64,000 bases of DNA from the NCBI GenBank assembly GCA_964416155.1, contig CAYQCW010000002.1:76748-140747 (forward strand). The letters are read 5' to 3'. Origin of the DNA: an uncultured Nitrososphaerota archaeon (GTDB lineage: Archaea > Thermoproteota > EX4484-205 > JAAOZP01). The position numbers and the translations under genes are program-made. Under the pieces are notes generated by a model. That model did not search any database. It was not told the DNA's origin and was given only the letters and a program-made list of their open reading frames with translations. Below, in pieces: positions 45,982 through 56,318 of the stretch; within the stretch, counting starts at the first letter, position 1; each line of letters begins with the position of its first letter.

Positions 45982-47261
45982 CGGTTCAGGCTGTTTTTTT
46001 CAGTAAACTCTTTGACGAGTTCTTGAGCCCTGTCGAACCGTATCTTTCTCTCTCTAACCATTTGCTCCGCGACTCTATCTATCAGATCTCCTGTTGCCCC
46101 GGCTTGAATAGCAATGTTCCGTGCATGAAGCCGCATATGGCCCGCCTGAATCCCCTCAAGGGCTAGTGCTCTAAGTGCAGCGAGGTTTTGGGCCAGCCCC
46201 ACGGCACCTATTACTCTTGCTAGTTCAACAGCAGTCTTAACTCCGAGTATTTTCACAGCTATCTTAGCCACGGGATGCGTCTTAGTCGCCCCGCCAACTA
46301 AGCCTACTGCCATAGGCATCTCTAATGTTCCAACCAAGTCACCGTTCTCATCTTTCTCCCAGGCGCTCAGAGGGAGATACCTTCCTGTCCTCGAAGCATA
46401 AGCATGGGCTCCTGCTTCTATAGCCCTGTGGTCCTGCCCAGTAGCCAGAGCAACCGCGATGACACCGTTCATTATCCCCTTATTATGGGTTGCACTTCTA
46501 TAGGGGTCGCTTGCTGCGAAAGCCCATGCTTTTACTATTGCGTCGACAGCCTCCTCCCCGCCGACCTCCTCTTTAGCTACCGTTGTCCTAGCCCTCACGA
46601 GCCTTTTATCAGCAAGGTTTGATACTATCCTCAAGTATACTTTTCCCCCGGTGATCCTTTCGATCAGCGGCGCTACAGCCTCGCACATCGTGTTGACAGC
46701 ATTAGCCCCCATTGCATCCCTCACGTCTACGAGAAGATGAGTTATCACCATTGGGCCAACAGGACTATCCACCACTTTAACCTCCACATCCTTAGCGCCT
46801 CCTCCAAACTTTACGAGAACAGGATCCTGTTCGTTCGCCAGCTTCAATATCTCATCCCTGTGTTCAAGAATCTTCATTTTAGCCGCGAAGGGACTGGTCA
46901 CTCCAGTCAGTTGCACCTGCCCTATCATGATAGGATCCGTGGCGCCCGTGAATATTCCGCCTTTAGCCCTAGTCATTTTAGCAGCATTGCTGGCCGCCGC
47001 GACAACCGAGGTTTCCTCGATAACCATGGGGACGATATACTCTTTTCCATCTATGAGGAAGTTGAGCGCAACCGAGAAAGGGTAAGCCATTGTCCCAATC
47101 ACGTTTTCAACCATTCTATCAGCAATCTCCAAGCTTAGGTTACCCTCCTTCGAGAGGAGTTTAGCCTCCTCCTCGGTCAGCCCGGTGTACTCAACTATCC
47201 TGCTCAGCCTTTCCGCCACGCTTAAATTGTAGAAACCCGGTATTCTGGATGTTCTCATCAT
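45978..47261 (-). CDS. mvaA: class II hydroxymethylglutaryl-CoA reductase
   Basis: SRIPGFY, ENVIG, EETSVVAAAS, DAMGAN, THNKGIMNG and GIQAGHMRLH. Confidence 0.95.
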   Translation of the reverse strand: MMRTSRIPGFYNLSVAERLSRIVEYTGLTEEEAKLLSKEGNLSLEIADRMVENVIGTMAYPFSVALNFLIDGKEYIVPMVIEETSVVAAASNAAKMTRAKGGIFTGATDPIMIGQVQLTGVTSPFAAKMKILEHRDEILKLANEQDPVLVKFGGGAKDVEVKVVDSPVGPMVITHLLVDVRDAMGANAVNTMCEAVAPLIERITGGKVYLRIVSNLADKRLVRARTTVAKEEVGGEEAVDAIVKAWAFAASDPYRSATHNKGIMNGVIAVALATGQDHRAIEAGAHAYASRTGRYLPLSAWEKDENGDLVGTLEMPMAVGLVGGATKTHPVAKIAVKILGVKTAVELARVIGAVGLAQNLAALRALALEGIQAGHMRLHARNIAIQAGATGDLIDRVAEQMVRERKIRFDRAQELVKEFTEKNSLNR

Positions 47262-47376
47262 CGTTTTCACCCTCATGGGCACTGTTAAAAACGTTTTTTA
47301 AACGTAAGCGGGGCTTCGACTCAAGCCTTAAAACAGGATAAACGCTTAAAAGACCACCGCACGCTGCTTATGCGGC

Positions 47377-47691
47377 TTGGAAAGCAGAAGTTTCAGAAAG
47401 TTTTTAGAGGAAAAGTCCGCCAACATTAAGGTTGAGAGGCAGGGGCAGAGGATTTCATGGGATGAAGAAATTAAGAGAGACAAGTATTCTTTCACAGGGT
47501 TCTTGGAATTCGCCTATTCGAACAAGACGTCTGGAGACTATATATATCTGGATAGGAGTACTGCTTTCGACATCCTCGACAGAATGAACTGGATGGAGAG
47601 GAAGATTAAAATCCTCAGCATGAGGCTTAGAATACTGTTTTTGCTCCTGATGGTTTCCATGATAGCGGCTGCATGGGGATGGTTATCATGA
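47377..47691 (+). CDS. small hypothetical protein with C-terminal TM anchor
   Basis: Soluble N-part, short coiled segment and one C-terminal hydrophobic helix; ATGA-coupled to the MoxR gene. Confidence 0.6.
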   Translation: MESRSFRKFLEEKSANIKVERQGQRISWDEEIKRDKYSFTGFLEFAYSNKTSGDYIYLDRSTAFDILDRMNWMERKIKILSMRLRILFLLLMVSMIAAAWGWLS

Positions 47692-48893
47692 GCAGCAAGA
47701 GGCCTCTCGTGGAAAGGCTCAGAGAGGAATTGGCTAAAAGGTTCATCGGTAATGAGGAGGTAATCTCAATACTTATGCTGAACCTGCTTCACCGGAAATC
47801 CACGACGCTGATAAGAGCGCCCAGGGGGATAGGCAAGTCCACACTAATGCTGCTTGTTTTGAAAGGCCTCTTCGGAGACGAGTTTGTCGTCATTTCAGGA
47901 GCCTCCGAGGTGAAGAGGGGGGAGGTTGTTGGAAGACTCCATATTCCTTCGCTTGAGAAGAAGGGCAGGGAGAAAGTCCTGTGGGCGAAGTTCGTACAGG
48001 CTCATGGCAAGGGGATAGATGAGGTGAACAGGCTCAACCCCTACACTACTGCGAACATTCACCACTTGATGCAGTTTGGAGAAGTATGGGCTTACGGACA
48101 GAAGTATACTGTTGAAGACTATACTCTCATAGCCAACGAGAACCCGGGTGACGTGACGACTTTCATACAGCCCCCGCCGTTCTACGACCGGTTTGACATA
48201 GCTCTTTATCTGAGTTCGCTTACTGTGAGCCAAAAATTTGCTCTCCAAGAGTTGAATAATGATTACGGCTATGATTTGATAAAATCAATGCCTCGCGTCA
48301 TGGAGCTGGGAGACCTGATGGAGATAAGGAGGGAGGTTGAGGAAACCGAGGTTGAACCCGGGTTAATCGGCTTCATAAACACGCTCGTCAGAGACTTTCA
48401 AGTATGCGTTAGGGGTAAGGAGCATAGCAGCGTCCCCCTGCCAGTCCTGTGCGAGGGCTGCCATTTCACAAGGTTTGTCTGCAGCAGGATTAAGGAGCCG
48501 CCGAGTGAGAGAGCAACCCTCATCCTGCTTCAACTCGCCAGGGCAAAGAAATGGCTCGAGGGAAAGGTTGAGGAGAAGGATGTGGTTGAGACGGCTAAAT
48601 GGGTTCTCATACATAGGATGGGCTTCTTAAACCCTGAGAAACCCATGAAGGAAATCAGCGAGCTGCTTGAAAGGGAGAAAGAGAGAATGTTTGAACGCGA
48701 ATCCAGGAAACAATGGTTCATCCTAAACGAGCTTTACAATAGTTTCAGCCCAGGCCTATATAGGACTGCTAAAGAAATAGCTGCAGAGGACAATGTTTTC
48801 GCCGAGGAGCTGTTCTCTCTCGAGGAGAAATGGGTTAGGGAAGGCAAGATTAGCCGGGAGGAAACCTTGAAGGTAGGCCTCGGGCTCGAATAG
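47688..48893 (+). CDS. MoxR-family AAA+ ATPase
   Basis: APRGIGKS Walker A, IDEVNR Walker B, ANENP sensor I, FYDRF and a Cys cluster (C...CEGC...C). Confidence 0.88.
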   Translation: MSSKRPLVERLREELAKRFIGNEEVISILMLNLLHRKSTTLIRAPRGIGKSTLMLLVLKGLFGDEFVVISGASEVKRGEVVGRLHIPSLEKKGREKVLWAKFVQAHGKGIDEVNRLNPYTTANIHHLMQFGEVWAYGQKYTVEDYTLIANENPGDVTTFIQPPPFYDRFDIALYLSSLTVSQKFALQELNNDYGYDLIKSMPRVMELGDLMEIRREVEETEVEPGLIGFINTLVRDFQVCVRGKEHSSVPLPVLCEGCHFTRFVCSRIKEPPSERATLILLQLARAKKWLEGKVEEKDVVETAKWVLIHRMGFLNPEKPMKEISELLEREKERMFERESRKQWFILNELYNSFSPGLYRTAKEIAAEDNVFAEELFSLEEKWVREGKISREETLKVGLGLE

Positions 48894-48895
48894 GA

Positions 48896-50602
48896 ATGGA
48901 TGAGGAGGAAGTAAGAAGGATTTTCGCGCAGGTTAGGAGTGAACTCTATTTCCCTCCATGCGAATTGGAGGTGAAGCATGATGGTAAAAGCGAAACACCC
49001 TTTTTCGTGGCGGATTCAAAAATACATATTTCTCCGGAGGCGGTTCCAAAGAAGGTTGACGATGAGAAATATCTTAGGTCAGTCATTAGACACGAGATTG
49101 CTCATCTTCACTACTGCCCGTATGACATAAGAACGGCTTACGAGCTGGTGAAGGAGGCTTATGGTGTATGCAAGGACTGGAACACTGCGTATTTCTCAGT
49201 CTTGCTATTCGCAGACTTGAATATTGACTGCTTCTATCTTTTAAGCAGGTTCGGCGAAATACCCTATCACGTCGACCAGTTTCTCAATACCAAGCAGAGG
49301 GGAGTTGGCAGATATATTCAGGCAGCCTACAGGCATATCTTGAGAAAGGGCCGTGGAGAATACGATTATAATGTTGAAAACGTGGCTAGGCAAATCAGCA
49401 TGGTTATGAAGTCTGAAAGAAACTGGTTTAATAAATTAAGGCTGGTGGCGCTGATCCTGTCTTTAAACAAGGTTAAGGCTGAAATACCTAAGCACCTTGC
49501 TGGCCCGGGCACGAGCATCCCCCTGAGGGAAGACTTAAGCAGGAACAGTGTTGAAAAAATTAACGAGGTGCTTGGAGGAATAAAAAACAGCGAAGAAGCA
49601 AGAAAGTTTTACGAGTACTGGGTTAAATCAAGGCTGAAGAATTCTGAGCTTGAGGAAATCAAGAAAACGATCAAAAAAGGCGGTAGGGCAGCAGGGGATA
49701 GAAAGAGCAGGAAGGAAGCCGGGAGAATACGCCACGCTAAGCCTGAGAGCGGGCAGGAACCCAAGTTGCCTACGAGCGTAAGCAAGCCTTACACTGGGTT
49801 AACTAATGAGATGATTGAAGAGCTCTTCTGGAAAGTGTACTGGTATAGGGCTAGGGCTAGGAGGACAATGCTCATATATCTTGAGGAGGGTAGAAGACCT
49901 GAGCCGAATCTAGCAATATCCAGCTACCCCATGGATTGGAGCATTGAGGACGAGATTGAAGACCTTGATGTGGAGGCCAGTCTTGACGAGGGAAGGCTGC
50001 GGATTGAGATAAACACGGTGAAATGGCAGAGCGAGGTTAAGGGAAAGGGGAGTAACATGACGATAAGCAATGTTCCGTCAAGCCTAATAGTTTTAGACGC
50101 TAGTAGAAGCATGCAGGACGTTATTGACAATGCTGCAACCTCAGCCTTCATCAACCTGCTTTCCGTAGAGAGGATAGGAGGAAAAACTGCTTCAGTAGCT
50201 TTTTCGACAGACTATTACTCTGTCGACTGGCAGGGCTCAACACTTGAGAAGGAATTGTCCTTAGCACTCTACTTTGGTGGCATGACGATACTTCCTCTAA
50301 ATGAAATCATGAGGCTCGTCTCCGAGAGCGGGAACAGGGTTTTAATAAACATCATAACGGATTGCGGTTGGCAGAACATTGAAGAGGCGCTTCCCTTCCT
50401 GGAGCAGGTTGTTAAAAAGGGCCATAGGGTTAAAATATTCCACCTGCACGGAGGAAAATATCCGGAGAACGTGAAGATGGTGAGCAGGGTCGGCGGAATA
50501 AAGATTATTCCGGTTAAGGATCCTGAGACCGACCTGCAATACCTGGTTACTAAAGAAACCAGTGAAGACTATGGGGACTCGGTGCTGGTTTTCAAAGCCT
50601 AG
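48896..50602 (+). CDS. HExxH metallopeptidase-like plus vWA domain protein
   Basis: RHEIAHLHYCP near the N-terminus, charged linker, LDASRSM MIDAS (DxSxS), and ITD. Confidence 0.8.
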   Translation: MDEEEVRRIFAQVRSELYFPPCELEVKHDGKSETPFFVADSKIHISPEAVPKKVDDEKYLRSVIRHEIAHLHYCPYDIRTAYELVKEAYGVCKDWNTAYFSVLLFADLNIDCFYLLSRFGEIPYHVDQFLNTKQRGVGRYIQAAYRHILRKGRGEYDYNVENVARQISMVMKSERNWFNKLRLVALILSLNKVKAEIPKHLAGPGTSIPLREDLSRNSVEKINEVLGGIKNSEEARKFYEYWVKSRLKNSELEEIKKTIKKGGRAAGDRKSRKEAGRIRHAKPESGQEPKLPTSVSKPYTGLTNEMIEELFWKVYWYRARARRTMLIYLEEGRRPEPNLAISSYPMDWSIEDEIEDLDVEASLDEGRLRIEINTVKWQSEVKGKGSNMTISNVPSSLIVLDASRSMQDVIDNAATSAFINLLSVERIGGKTASVAFSTDYYSVDWQGSTLEKELSLALYFGGMTILPLNEIMRLVSESGNRVLINIITDCGWQNIEEALPFLEQVVKKGHRVKIFHLHGGKYPENVKMVSRVGGIKIIPVKDPETDLQYLVTKETSEDYGDSVLVFKA

Positions 50603-50722
50603 TTTAAAGGTCTTCAGTAACAGCCTCCAGCAGCGTTAAGCAAGTGTTCGGATTTCTGGACACACTGTTCGCAACAATACTGTTAAAAATAGCTTCGGGC
50701 AATAACAGGACAGGGTTCGAGA

Positions 50723-51562
50723 ATGGAGGAAATGTTAAGCAGGAAATGGTTGCTTGCGCTAAGCGTTATTTTCGTCGCAGCCACGGGTGTAAACCTGGCT
50801 CTACTCGCGGGAATATATCCTGCATTCATCAGCCAGCAGACTGGCTCGGAGTACCGCTTCAATATTGTCGAAGAAGGTTTTGCTAAAACCTCAGGTATCC
50901 CCGGCCCGCTGGATACTGCCCAGGCTGAGCAGCAGGTGAAGACGATAAGCGTGACCGGCACCGGCGTGGTTAAGGCTAGGCCCGACAGGGCGGTTTTAAG
51001 CCTCAGCGTGGTTACGCAGGCGGAAAGCGCAGGGGAAGCCATCTCTGAGAACGCGGATAAAATGGAACGTGTCATAAAAGCCGTTAGAACCATAGGGATA
51101 CTGGAGAATCAGACGGAAACATCCGAATACAGTCTGACCCCTATTTGGGAGTATCCTAAGGAAGGCGGCTCGCCCTGGATAGTTGGCTACACGTGTTCCA
51201 ACACTATAAGGGTCACTGTTAAGAATTTAAACAGGGTTGGAGAGGTGATTGATACGGCGGTTACGGCTGGTGTAAACCAGGTTTCCTCGCTTCAATTCAC
51301 GATTTCCGACGAGGCGATGCGCCAACTCGGATTGAATGCTCTGAGCCTTGCTGTGAAAGACGCCTCCTCTAAAGCCAGTACGATAGCTGCCGCAGCTGGA
51401 GTAACGCTGGTCGGCCCAGTTTCAATAAGCCTCTCCTGGTACTCTCCGTATGTTAAAAGCTACGCCTTTGAATCCGTAATGGGAAGTGTTACGACACCGA
51501 TAATTTCACCGGAGGAGATCAGCGTAACCGTGAGCGTTTCAGCGATTTACGAATTTAAATAA
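50723..51562 (+). CDS. SIMPL (DUF541) domain protein, N-terminally anchored
   Basis: TISVTGTGVVKARPDRA, GYTCSNTIRV, AGVNQV and AVKDASSKA. Confidence 0.92.
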   Translation: MEEMLSRKWLLALSVIFVAATGVNLALLAGIYPAFISQQTGSEYRFNIVEEGFAKTSGIPGPLDTAQAEQQVKTISVTGTGVVKARPDRAVLSLSVVTQAESAGEAISENADKMERVIKAVRTIGILENQTETSEYSLTPIWEYPKEGGSPWIVGYTCSNTIRVTVKNLNRVGEVIDTAVTAGVNQVSSLQFTISDEAMRQLGLNALSLAVKDASSKASTIAAAAGVTLVGPVSISLSWYSPYVKSYAFESVMGSVTTPIISPEEISVTVSVSAIYEFK

Positions 51563-51605
51563 AAAGTTTAAGAACTTTTTAAACACTTAATCAGCGTGCT
51601 GCTCG

Positions 51606-52061
51606 TTGAGCGAGGAGGAGCTCGAGTATAAGCTGCGCGGTAAGACGCTTCAAGTCTACCTCTACCTGATAAGGTCTGGCGGGGATGATAGCTACGGCGT
51701 AAGGGAGGTTCAGAGGACACTGGGCTTCAAGAGCCCGAGCATAGCATCATACCATCTTGAAAAGTTGAGGGAACTGGGTCTGCTCATTAAGGATGAGAGG
51801 GGGGATTATCGTGTCGCTAAAGAGGTTAACATAGGGTTGTTGAAGCTCTACATTAAGATAGGGGAGCTTAGAATGCCGAGATTCCTACTGTACGCTTGCT
51901 TCATAACCAGCATGGTGGCGACATACCTACTGGTTTATCCTCAGACATTCAGCCCACATAATCTTTTTGCACTACTGGTTAGCTTCTCTTCGCTCATAAT
52001 ACTCTGGGGCGAGACCTTCCTGATAATGAGGGAAACAAGGTCTAAAACTTTGAAAAAATAG
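51606..52061 (+). CDS. membrane-tethered winged-helix transcription factor
   Basis: LRGKTLQVYLYL...GVREVQRTLGFKSPSIASYHLEKL HTH followed by two TM helices. Confidence 0.85.
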   Translation: MSEEELEYKLRGKTLQVYLYLIRSGGDDSYGVREVQRTLGFKSPSIASYHLEKLRELGLLIKDERGDYRVAKEVNIGLLKLYIKIGELRMPRFLLYACFITSMVATYLLVYPQTFSPHNLFALLVSFSSLIILWGETFLIMRETRSKTLKK

Positions 52062-52140
52062 CTATTTTTCACTAGGAACCCGATGTGCGAGCCGACCAAT
52101 AGGCTTGAAAAAAAGAGTATTTTAAACCCGTCGAGCCGTC

Positions 52141-54168
52141 ATGGTGAGACATGGCATCTCCAATATGCACGTTTTAACAGAAACCATTAATATGAGAAGC
52201 AGAGGTCCCATACGGGTGAATAGGATGCCGAAGAAACACTACGGTTTCCAATCGGCAGACATATCTTCTCCAGATGGGCAGATCCTTGTAAAAATAACCA
52301 TTAGGGAAAGAATCGAGCCCTATCCCTCTGGTAAACGCCTCTACTACTCTATCTCCTTCAAGGGAAGGGAGATACTGGTTGACTCACCGCTGGCCATGGA
52401 TTTTAAGGACGCATCACCCCTTGCCAGGAACCTTGTTTTAATCAGGAGGGAGGAGAAGACTATTAACGAGAAATGGCAGGCGGTGCACGGCAAGTCCAAG
52501 AGCATCCTGAACCTATGCAACGAGCTACACCTTTGGCTTAAGGAGGAAGAGGAGCCAGGCAGGAGGCTGGAGCTTTTTTTCCGCGCATACAATGACGGCG
52601 TCGCATTCCGCTATTTTCTCCCGAGGCAACCTAAGATGAAGAGTTTCAAGCTGACTAATGAGCGCTCAGAGTTCCACTTCGCGTCAAACCATACCGTTTG
52701 GGCAGCCGACTATGGATCGTATATCTCGCCCCAGGAAGGCATATTCGAGAAGAAGAGCCTTGGGCAAATAACACCTTCTTCAACAATAGGGCTACCCCTG
52801 CTTATTAAAGTTGACGAATCCAGATGGGTTGCGATTACTGAAGCAAACATAACAGACTGGGCCGGAATGTATCTTACTGGGACAGGCGTTAACCCTTATG
52901 CTCTTGTTTCAACCCTCGCCCCTAGGCTCGACGAGCTCGGGGTGCTGGTCAGCTCCACAACCCCCCATCACTCGCCGTGGAGAGTCATCATGATAGGGCA
53001 GAGGCCTGGAGACCTGATTGAGTCGAACATAATACTGAATCTTAACGAGCCATGTGTAATCAGAGACACGTCTTGGCTAAAGCCGGGTAAGGCTGCTTGG
53101 AACTGGTGGTGCGGAGGATATATTCCTGACGCGAAGTTTAAAGTCGGCATGAACACTGAGACCATGAAGTACTTTATCGAGTTTGCAGCTGAAATGGGTT
53201 TCGGATACATGGTTGTCGACGTTGGCTGGTATGGGGAACCTAACAAGCCGGAGGCTGATGTCACTAAGCCTATTCCTGGGCTGAATATTCACGAGATCAT
53301 CAGGTTTGCCGACGAGAAGAATGTTAAGATTATAGTCTGGCTTGACTGGAGGGATGTTGAGAGAAAGATTGACGAAGCCTTCCAGCTTTACGAGAAATGG
53401 GGAATTGCAGGAGTCAAAATAGACTATATGGACCGCGACGACCAGGAGATGGTTAACTTCTACCATAGGGTTGTTAAGAAGGCCGCTGAACACCGTCTTC
53501 TCGTAGAATTCCACGGGGCTTACAAGCCGGATGGTTTACAAAGAACCTATCCGAACCTAATAACCCGTGAGGGAGTTCTAGGCAACGAGTATAACAAATG
53601 GAGTTCGCTGGTTTCCCCAGAACACAGCGTGACAATACCCTTCACGAGGATGCTTGCTGGACCCATGGACTTTACACCAGGAGGTTTTCGTCATACGACC
53701 AAGGCGACTTTTAGACCTCAGGACAAGGGCCCGTTCGTAATGGGTACGAGATGTCACCAGCTTGCTATGTTCGTTGTCTATGAGAGCCCGCTGCAAGTCG
53801 TTTGTGACTCACCCTACAATTACCGGGGGCAGCCCGGCCTAGATTTTCTAAGGATAGTTCCAACAACGTGGGATGAAACTAGGTTTTTAAACGGCGAGGT
53901 TGGGGAATACATAACCATCGTGAGAAAACATGGTTCAGACTGGTTCGTAGGAAGCATGACGAACTGGGAGCCTAGGGAAATAAAAATACCGTTGGGATTC
54001 CTGGGAGATGGAAAGTATGTGGCTCACGTTTTTGAAGATGCTCCGGAAGCTGATGATTTCCCGGATAGGGTTTGCGAGAAAAGGTTTGAGGTAACGTCTA
54101 AAGATATCTTGGCGGCGAGAATGGCCTCCGGTGGGGGTTACGTAGCTCACATATTTAGCGTGCATTAA
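52141..54168 (+). CDS. GH97 alpha-glucosidase/alpha-galactosidase
   Basis: RAYNDGVAFRY, SWLKPGKAAWNWW, GVKIDY, FHG, REGVLGNE, PFTRMLAGPMDFTPG and PTTWDET; true start may be 52225. Confidence 0.94.
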   Translation: MVRHGISNMHVLTETINMRSRGPIRVNRMPKKHYGFQSADISSPDGQILVKITIRERIEPYPSGKRLYYSISFKGREILVDSPLAMDFKDASPLARNLVLIRREEKTINEKWQAVHGKSKSILNLCNELHLWLKEEEEPGRRLELFFRAYNDGVAFRYFLPRQPKMKSFKLTNERSEFHFASNHTVWAADYGSYISPQEGIFEKKSLGQITPSSTIGLPLLIKVDESRWVAITEANITDWAGMYLTGTGVNPYALVSTLAPRLDELGVLVSSTTPHHSPWRVIMIGQRPGDLIESNIILNLNEPCVIRDTSWLKPGKAAWNWWCGGYIPDAKFKVGMNTETMKYFIEFAAEMGFGYMVVDVGWYGEPNKPEADVTKPIPGLNIHEIIRFADEKNVKIIVWLDWRDVERKIDEAFQLYEKWGIAGVKIDYMDRDDQEMVNFYHRVVKKAAEHRLLVEFHGAYKPDGLQRTYPNLITREGVLGNEYNKWSSLVSPEHSVTIPFTRMLAGPMDFTPGGFRHTTKATFRPQDKGPFVMGTRCHQLAMFVVYESPLQVVCDSPYNYRGQPGLDFLRIVPTTWDETRFLNGEVGEYITIVRKHGSDWFVGSMTNWEPREIKIPLGFLGDGKYVAHVFEDAPEADDFPDRVCEKRFEVTSKDILAARMASGGGYVAHIFSVH

Positions 54169-54334
54169 AGGGAAAGACGGGAATTGATTAAAAAAGAGAA
54201 AATCCAGAATATGAATATTAAAACAGCCGAGAAAAAGAGCTCTTAAAATTCTTCACAGCAGGGAGCTCCATGTAAGACCTCCGGCAAATGTTGATTCGGA
54301 AAAGCTAAAAACACCTATTGTTGGAGAATGAGCC

Positions 54335-55147
54335 ATGTGCAGGCTCCTCGGGGCAATTTTCACTGAAAACCGCAGTATTGAGCATCATCTTTTAAACTCG
54401 GAGTGTTCCCTCTTCACCCAAGCATTTAAAGGCAGGCAGTCAGACGGCTGGGGCATAGGCTTCTACCCTAGAGGGAGCAGCCCAATAGTCTTCAAAAGCG
54501 ATAAGCCTGTTTACGAGGATAGAGAAGAGTTTGAGAAGGCCGCTAAAGCTGCCAAGGGTAGGATAATCATCGCGCACGTGAGAAAAGCAAGCAACCCAAA
54601 GGGGCTGGCGCCAGAAATGCTCATATCGCTTGAAAACTCTCAGCCTTTCAACCATTCAAAATATGTTTTCGCGCATAACGGTACGATCAATATTCCTGAC
54701 GAGGTTTCAAGGAGGCTAGGCCCCTATGCGAGTCTAATAAAAGGGCGAAACGATAGTGAGGTATACTTCTACCTGCTACTCAGCCTTATCGAAAAAGAGG
54801 GTGATGTGATAACTGCCTTCAGAAAGGTGGAGCAGACACTTAGGGAAATATTTGCAGAGGAGAAGGTCAGCAGGTTTGAGGCCCCGTTCACGAGTTTGAA
54901 CACAATACTCTCAGATGGCAGCAAGCTCTACGCCTTCACGAGATACCTGTATAATCTTGGTCCATCAACGTGCTATGGAGATGCACCAGTGTACGAGATG
55001 CGTTTCAAAATTAACACCGATCACCTTGTAGTCGCGTCTGAGAAAACAGTGAGGGGAAACTGGGTTCCGTTGAAAAACAATAATTTACTCGTATGCTGGG
55101 CTGATGGAGGAGAATTAAGATATAGAGTGGTGGATTTCAACGTTTAA
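54335..55147 (+). CDS. class II glutamine amidotransferase (YafJ/EgtC-like Ntn hydrolase)
   Basis: N-terminal MCR, DGWGIGFY, AHVRKAS, HNG, DSE and VASE. Confidence 0.9.
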   Translation: MCRLLGAIFTENRSIEHHLLNSECSLFTQAFKGRQSDGWGIGFYPRGSSPIVFKSDKPVYEDREEFEKAAKAAKGRIIIAHVRKASNPKGLAPEMLISLENSQPFNHSKYVFAHNGTINIPDEVSRRLGPYASLIKGRNDSEVYFYLLLSLIEKEGDVITAFRKVEQTLREIFAEEKVSRFEAPFTSLNTILSDGSKLYAFTRYLYNLGPSTCYGDAPVYEMRFKINTDHLVVASEKTVRGNWVPLKNNNLLVCWADGGELRYRVVDFNV

Positions 55148-55162
55148 AGAGGAATATAGGCT

Positions 55163-56206
55163 TCAAAAAAGAAAAGGCTTAGGAACAATCCTCTTCAGAA
55201 GCCTTAATACCTCCCCACGCTTCCCCGCGAAAACCTCTATATCGTAATCAGCGTATGATACGAGGAAATCCTTGACTCTAGCAGCCGGCTTAAAGTGAAG
55301 CTCGATCTCCCCGAAACACAGGTCTGAGCCAGAATTGTAGGACTGAACACATCCCTTCGGACCAACTGGGTCGGCCTTCGCCACGTCGAGACACTCCTCC
55401 TGGCTAACCGGAGCCATCATGGTCCTCATGGATATGAGGAAAACCTCATTCTTCCCGTGCTCCGCATAATACAGTATTCTCGAGCAGCCTGGCTGAGGAA
55501 TATCCTCCGGAGCTATGCCCAGCTTATAGATGGCGGCACCATCTATCTTAAACGAAACATGGTTGCTGGAGACCCTTAGCCTGTCTCCCGGTATTTTCCC
55601 GAAGTAGTGTATGGGCTTAGCGCCTCTGCGCGTAGGAACAATTATTGTGCCACTCCTACTCTCCCCGGGACGCACCTGTGTTAAAGACCAAAGGTTTACC
55701 CCGTTTTTCACCTCCCCCCTAGCCGCCATAGCATCCCTGACCCTAAGCCCCACATACTCCAAACCCTTCCTAACGCTTTCGCCACGGATCGATATTTGCC
55801 TTGAAAAGGATAGGTAGATCTTGGTTTGGCTCGCGAAGTCCTCTAGCTCCGCGTCCCCGTCGAGATTTACGCTTTTCCCACTGGAGCTAACGATTGACCA
55901 GCCTCCCGGGTCGAGTGAAGACTGGCACAGCCACTCTTCGAAGCCGTCAGGCCTTCGATAGTAGAATCTTCTCTCAGGAGAAACCCAAAGCCTGTTCCCC
56001 CCGATGTTCCATTCCCCACCGCTTATTACTCCCGGCAGATTCTTCGAAACCCAGAAGGGGTTTTGCCTATTGCCGACGAATACGCCAAGTATTCTGGCAC
56101 CGTACTGTGTAACTATTGCTGAACCCACGTCAGTCTCCAACACAACGGTCTTAGTTAATCCTTCTAAAGCGGAGAGAAGCTTCTCCCTTTGTTTCCGGCT
56201 GGACAT
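55163..56206 (-). CDS. conserved hypothetical protein, probable galactose-mutarotase-like beta-sandwich
   Basis: YGARILG, WNIGGNRLWVSPE and QSYNSG...FGEIE motifs resemble DUF6786/DUF4380-type proteins (from recall). Confidence 0.55.
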   Translation of the reverse strand: MSSRKQREKLLSALEGLTKTVVLETDVGSAIVTQYGARILGVFVGNRQNPFWVSKNLPGVISGGEWNIGGNRLWVSPERRFYYRRPDGFEEWLCQSSLDPGGWSIVSSSGKSVNLDGDAELEDFASQTKIYLSFSRQISIRGESVRKGLEYVGLRVRDAMAARGEVKNGVNLWSLTQVRPGESRSGTIIVPTRRGAKPIHYFGKIPGDRLRVSSNHVSFKIDGAAIYKLGIAPEDIPQPGCSRILYYAEHGKNEVFLISMRTMMAPVSQEECLDVAKADPVGPKGCVQSYNSGSDLCFGEIELHFKPAARVKDFLVSYADYDIEVFAGKRGEVLRLLKRIVPKPFLF

Positions 56207-56318
56207 TTCGAATATTTCCGATCAGATGATGGAAAATAAGTCTTTAGCCGGTTCACTCCTAACGAGTATTGTTCTAAAAAATAGCATTATATACCCCTAG
56301 GCTAGTTGGGTAAGCATT

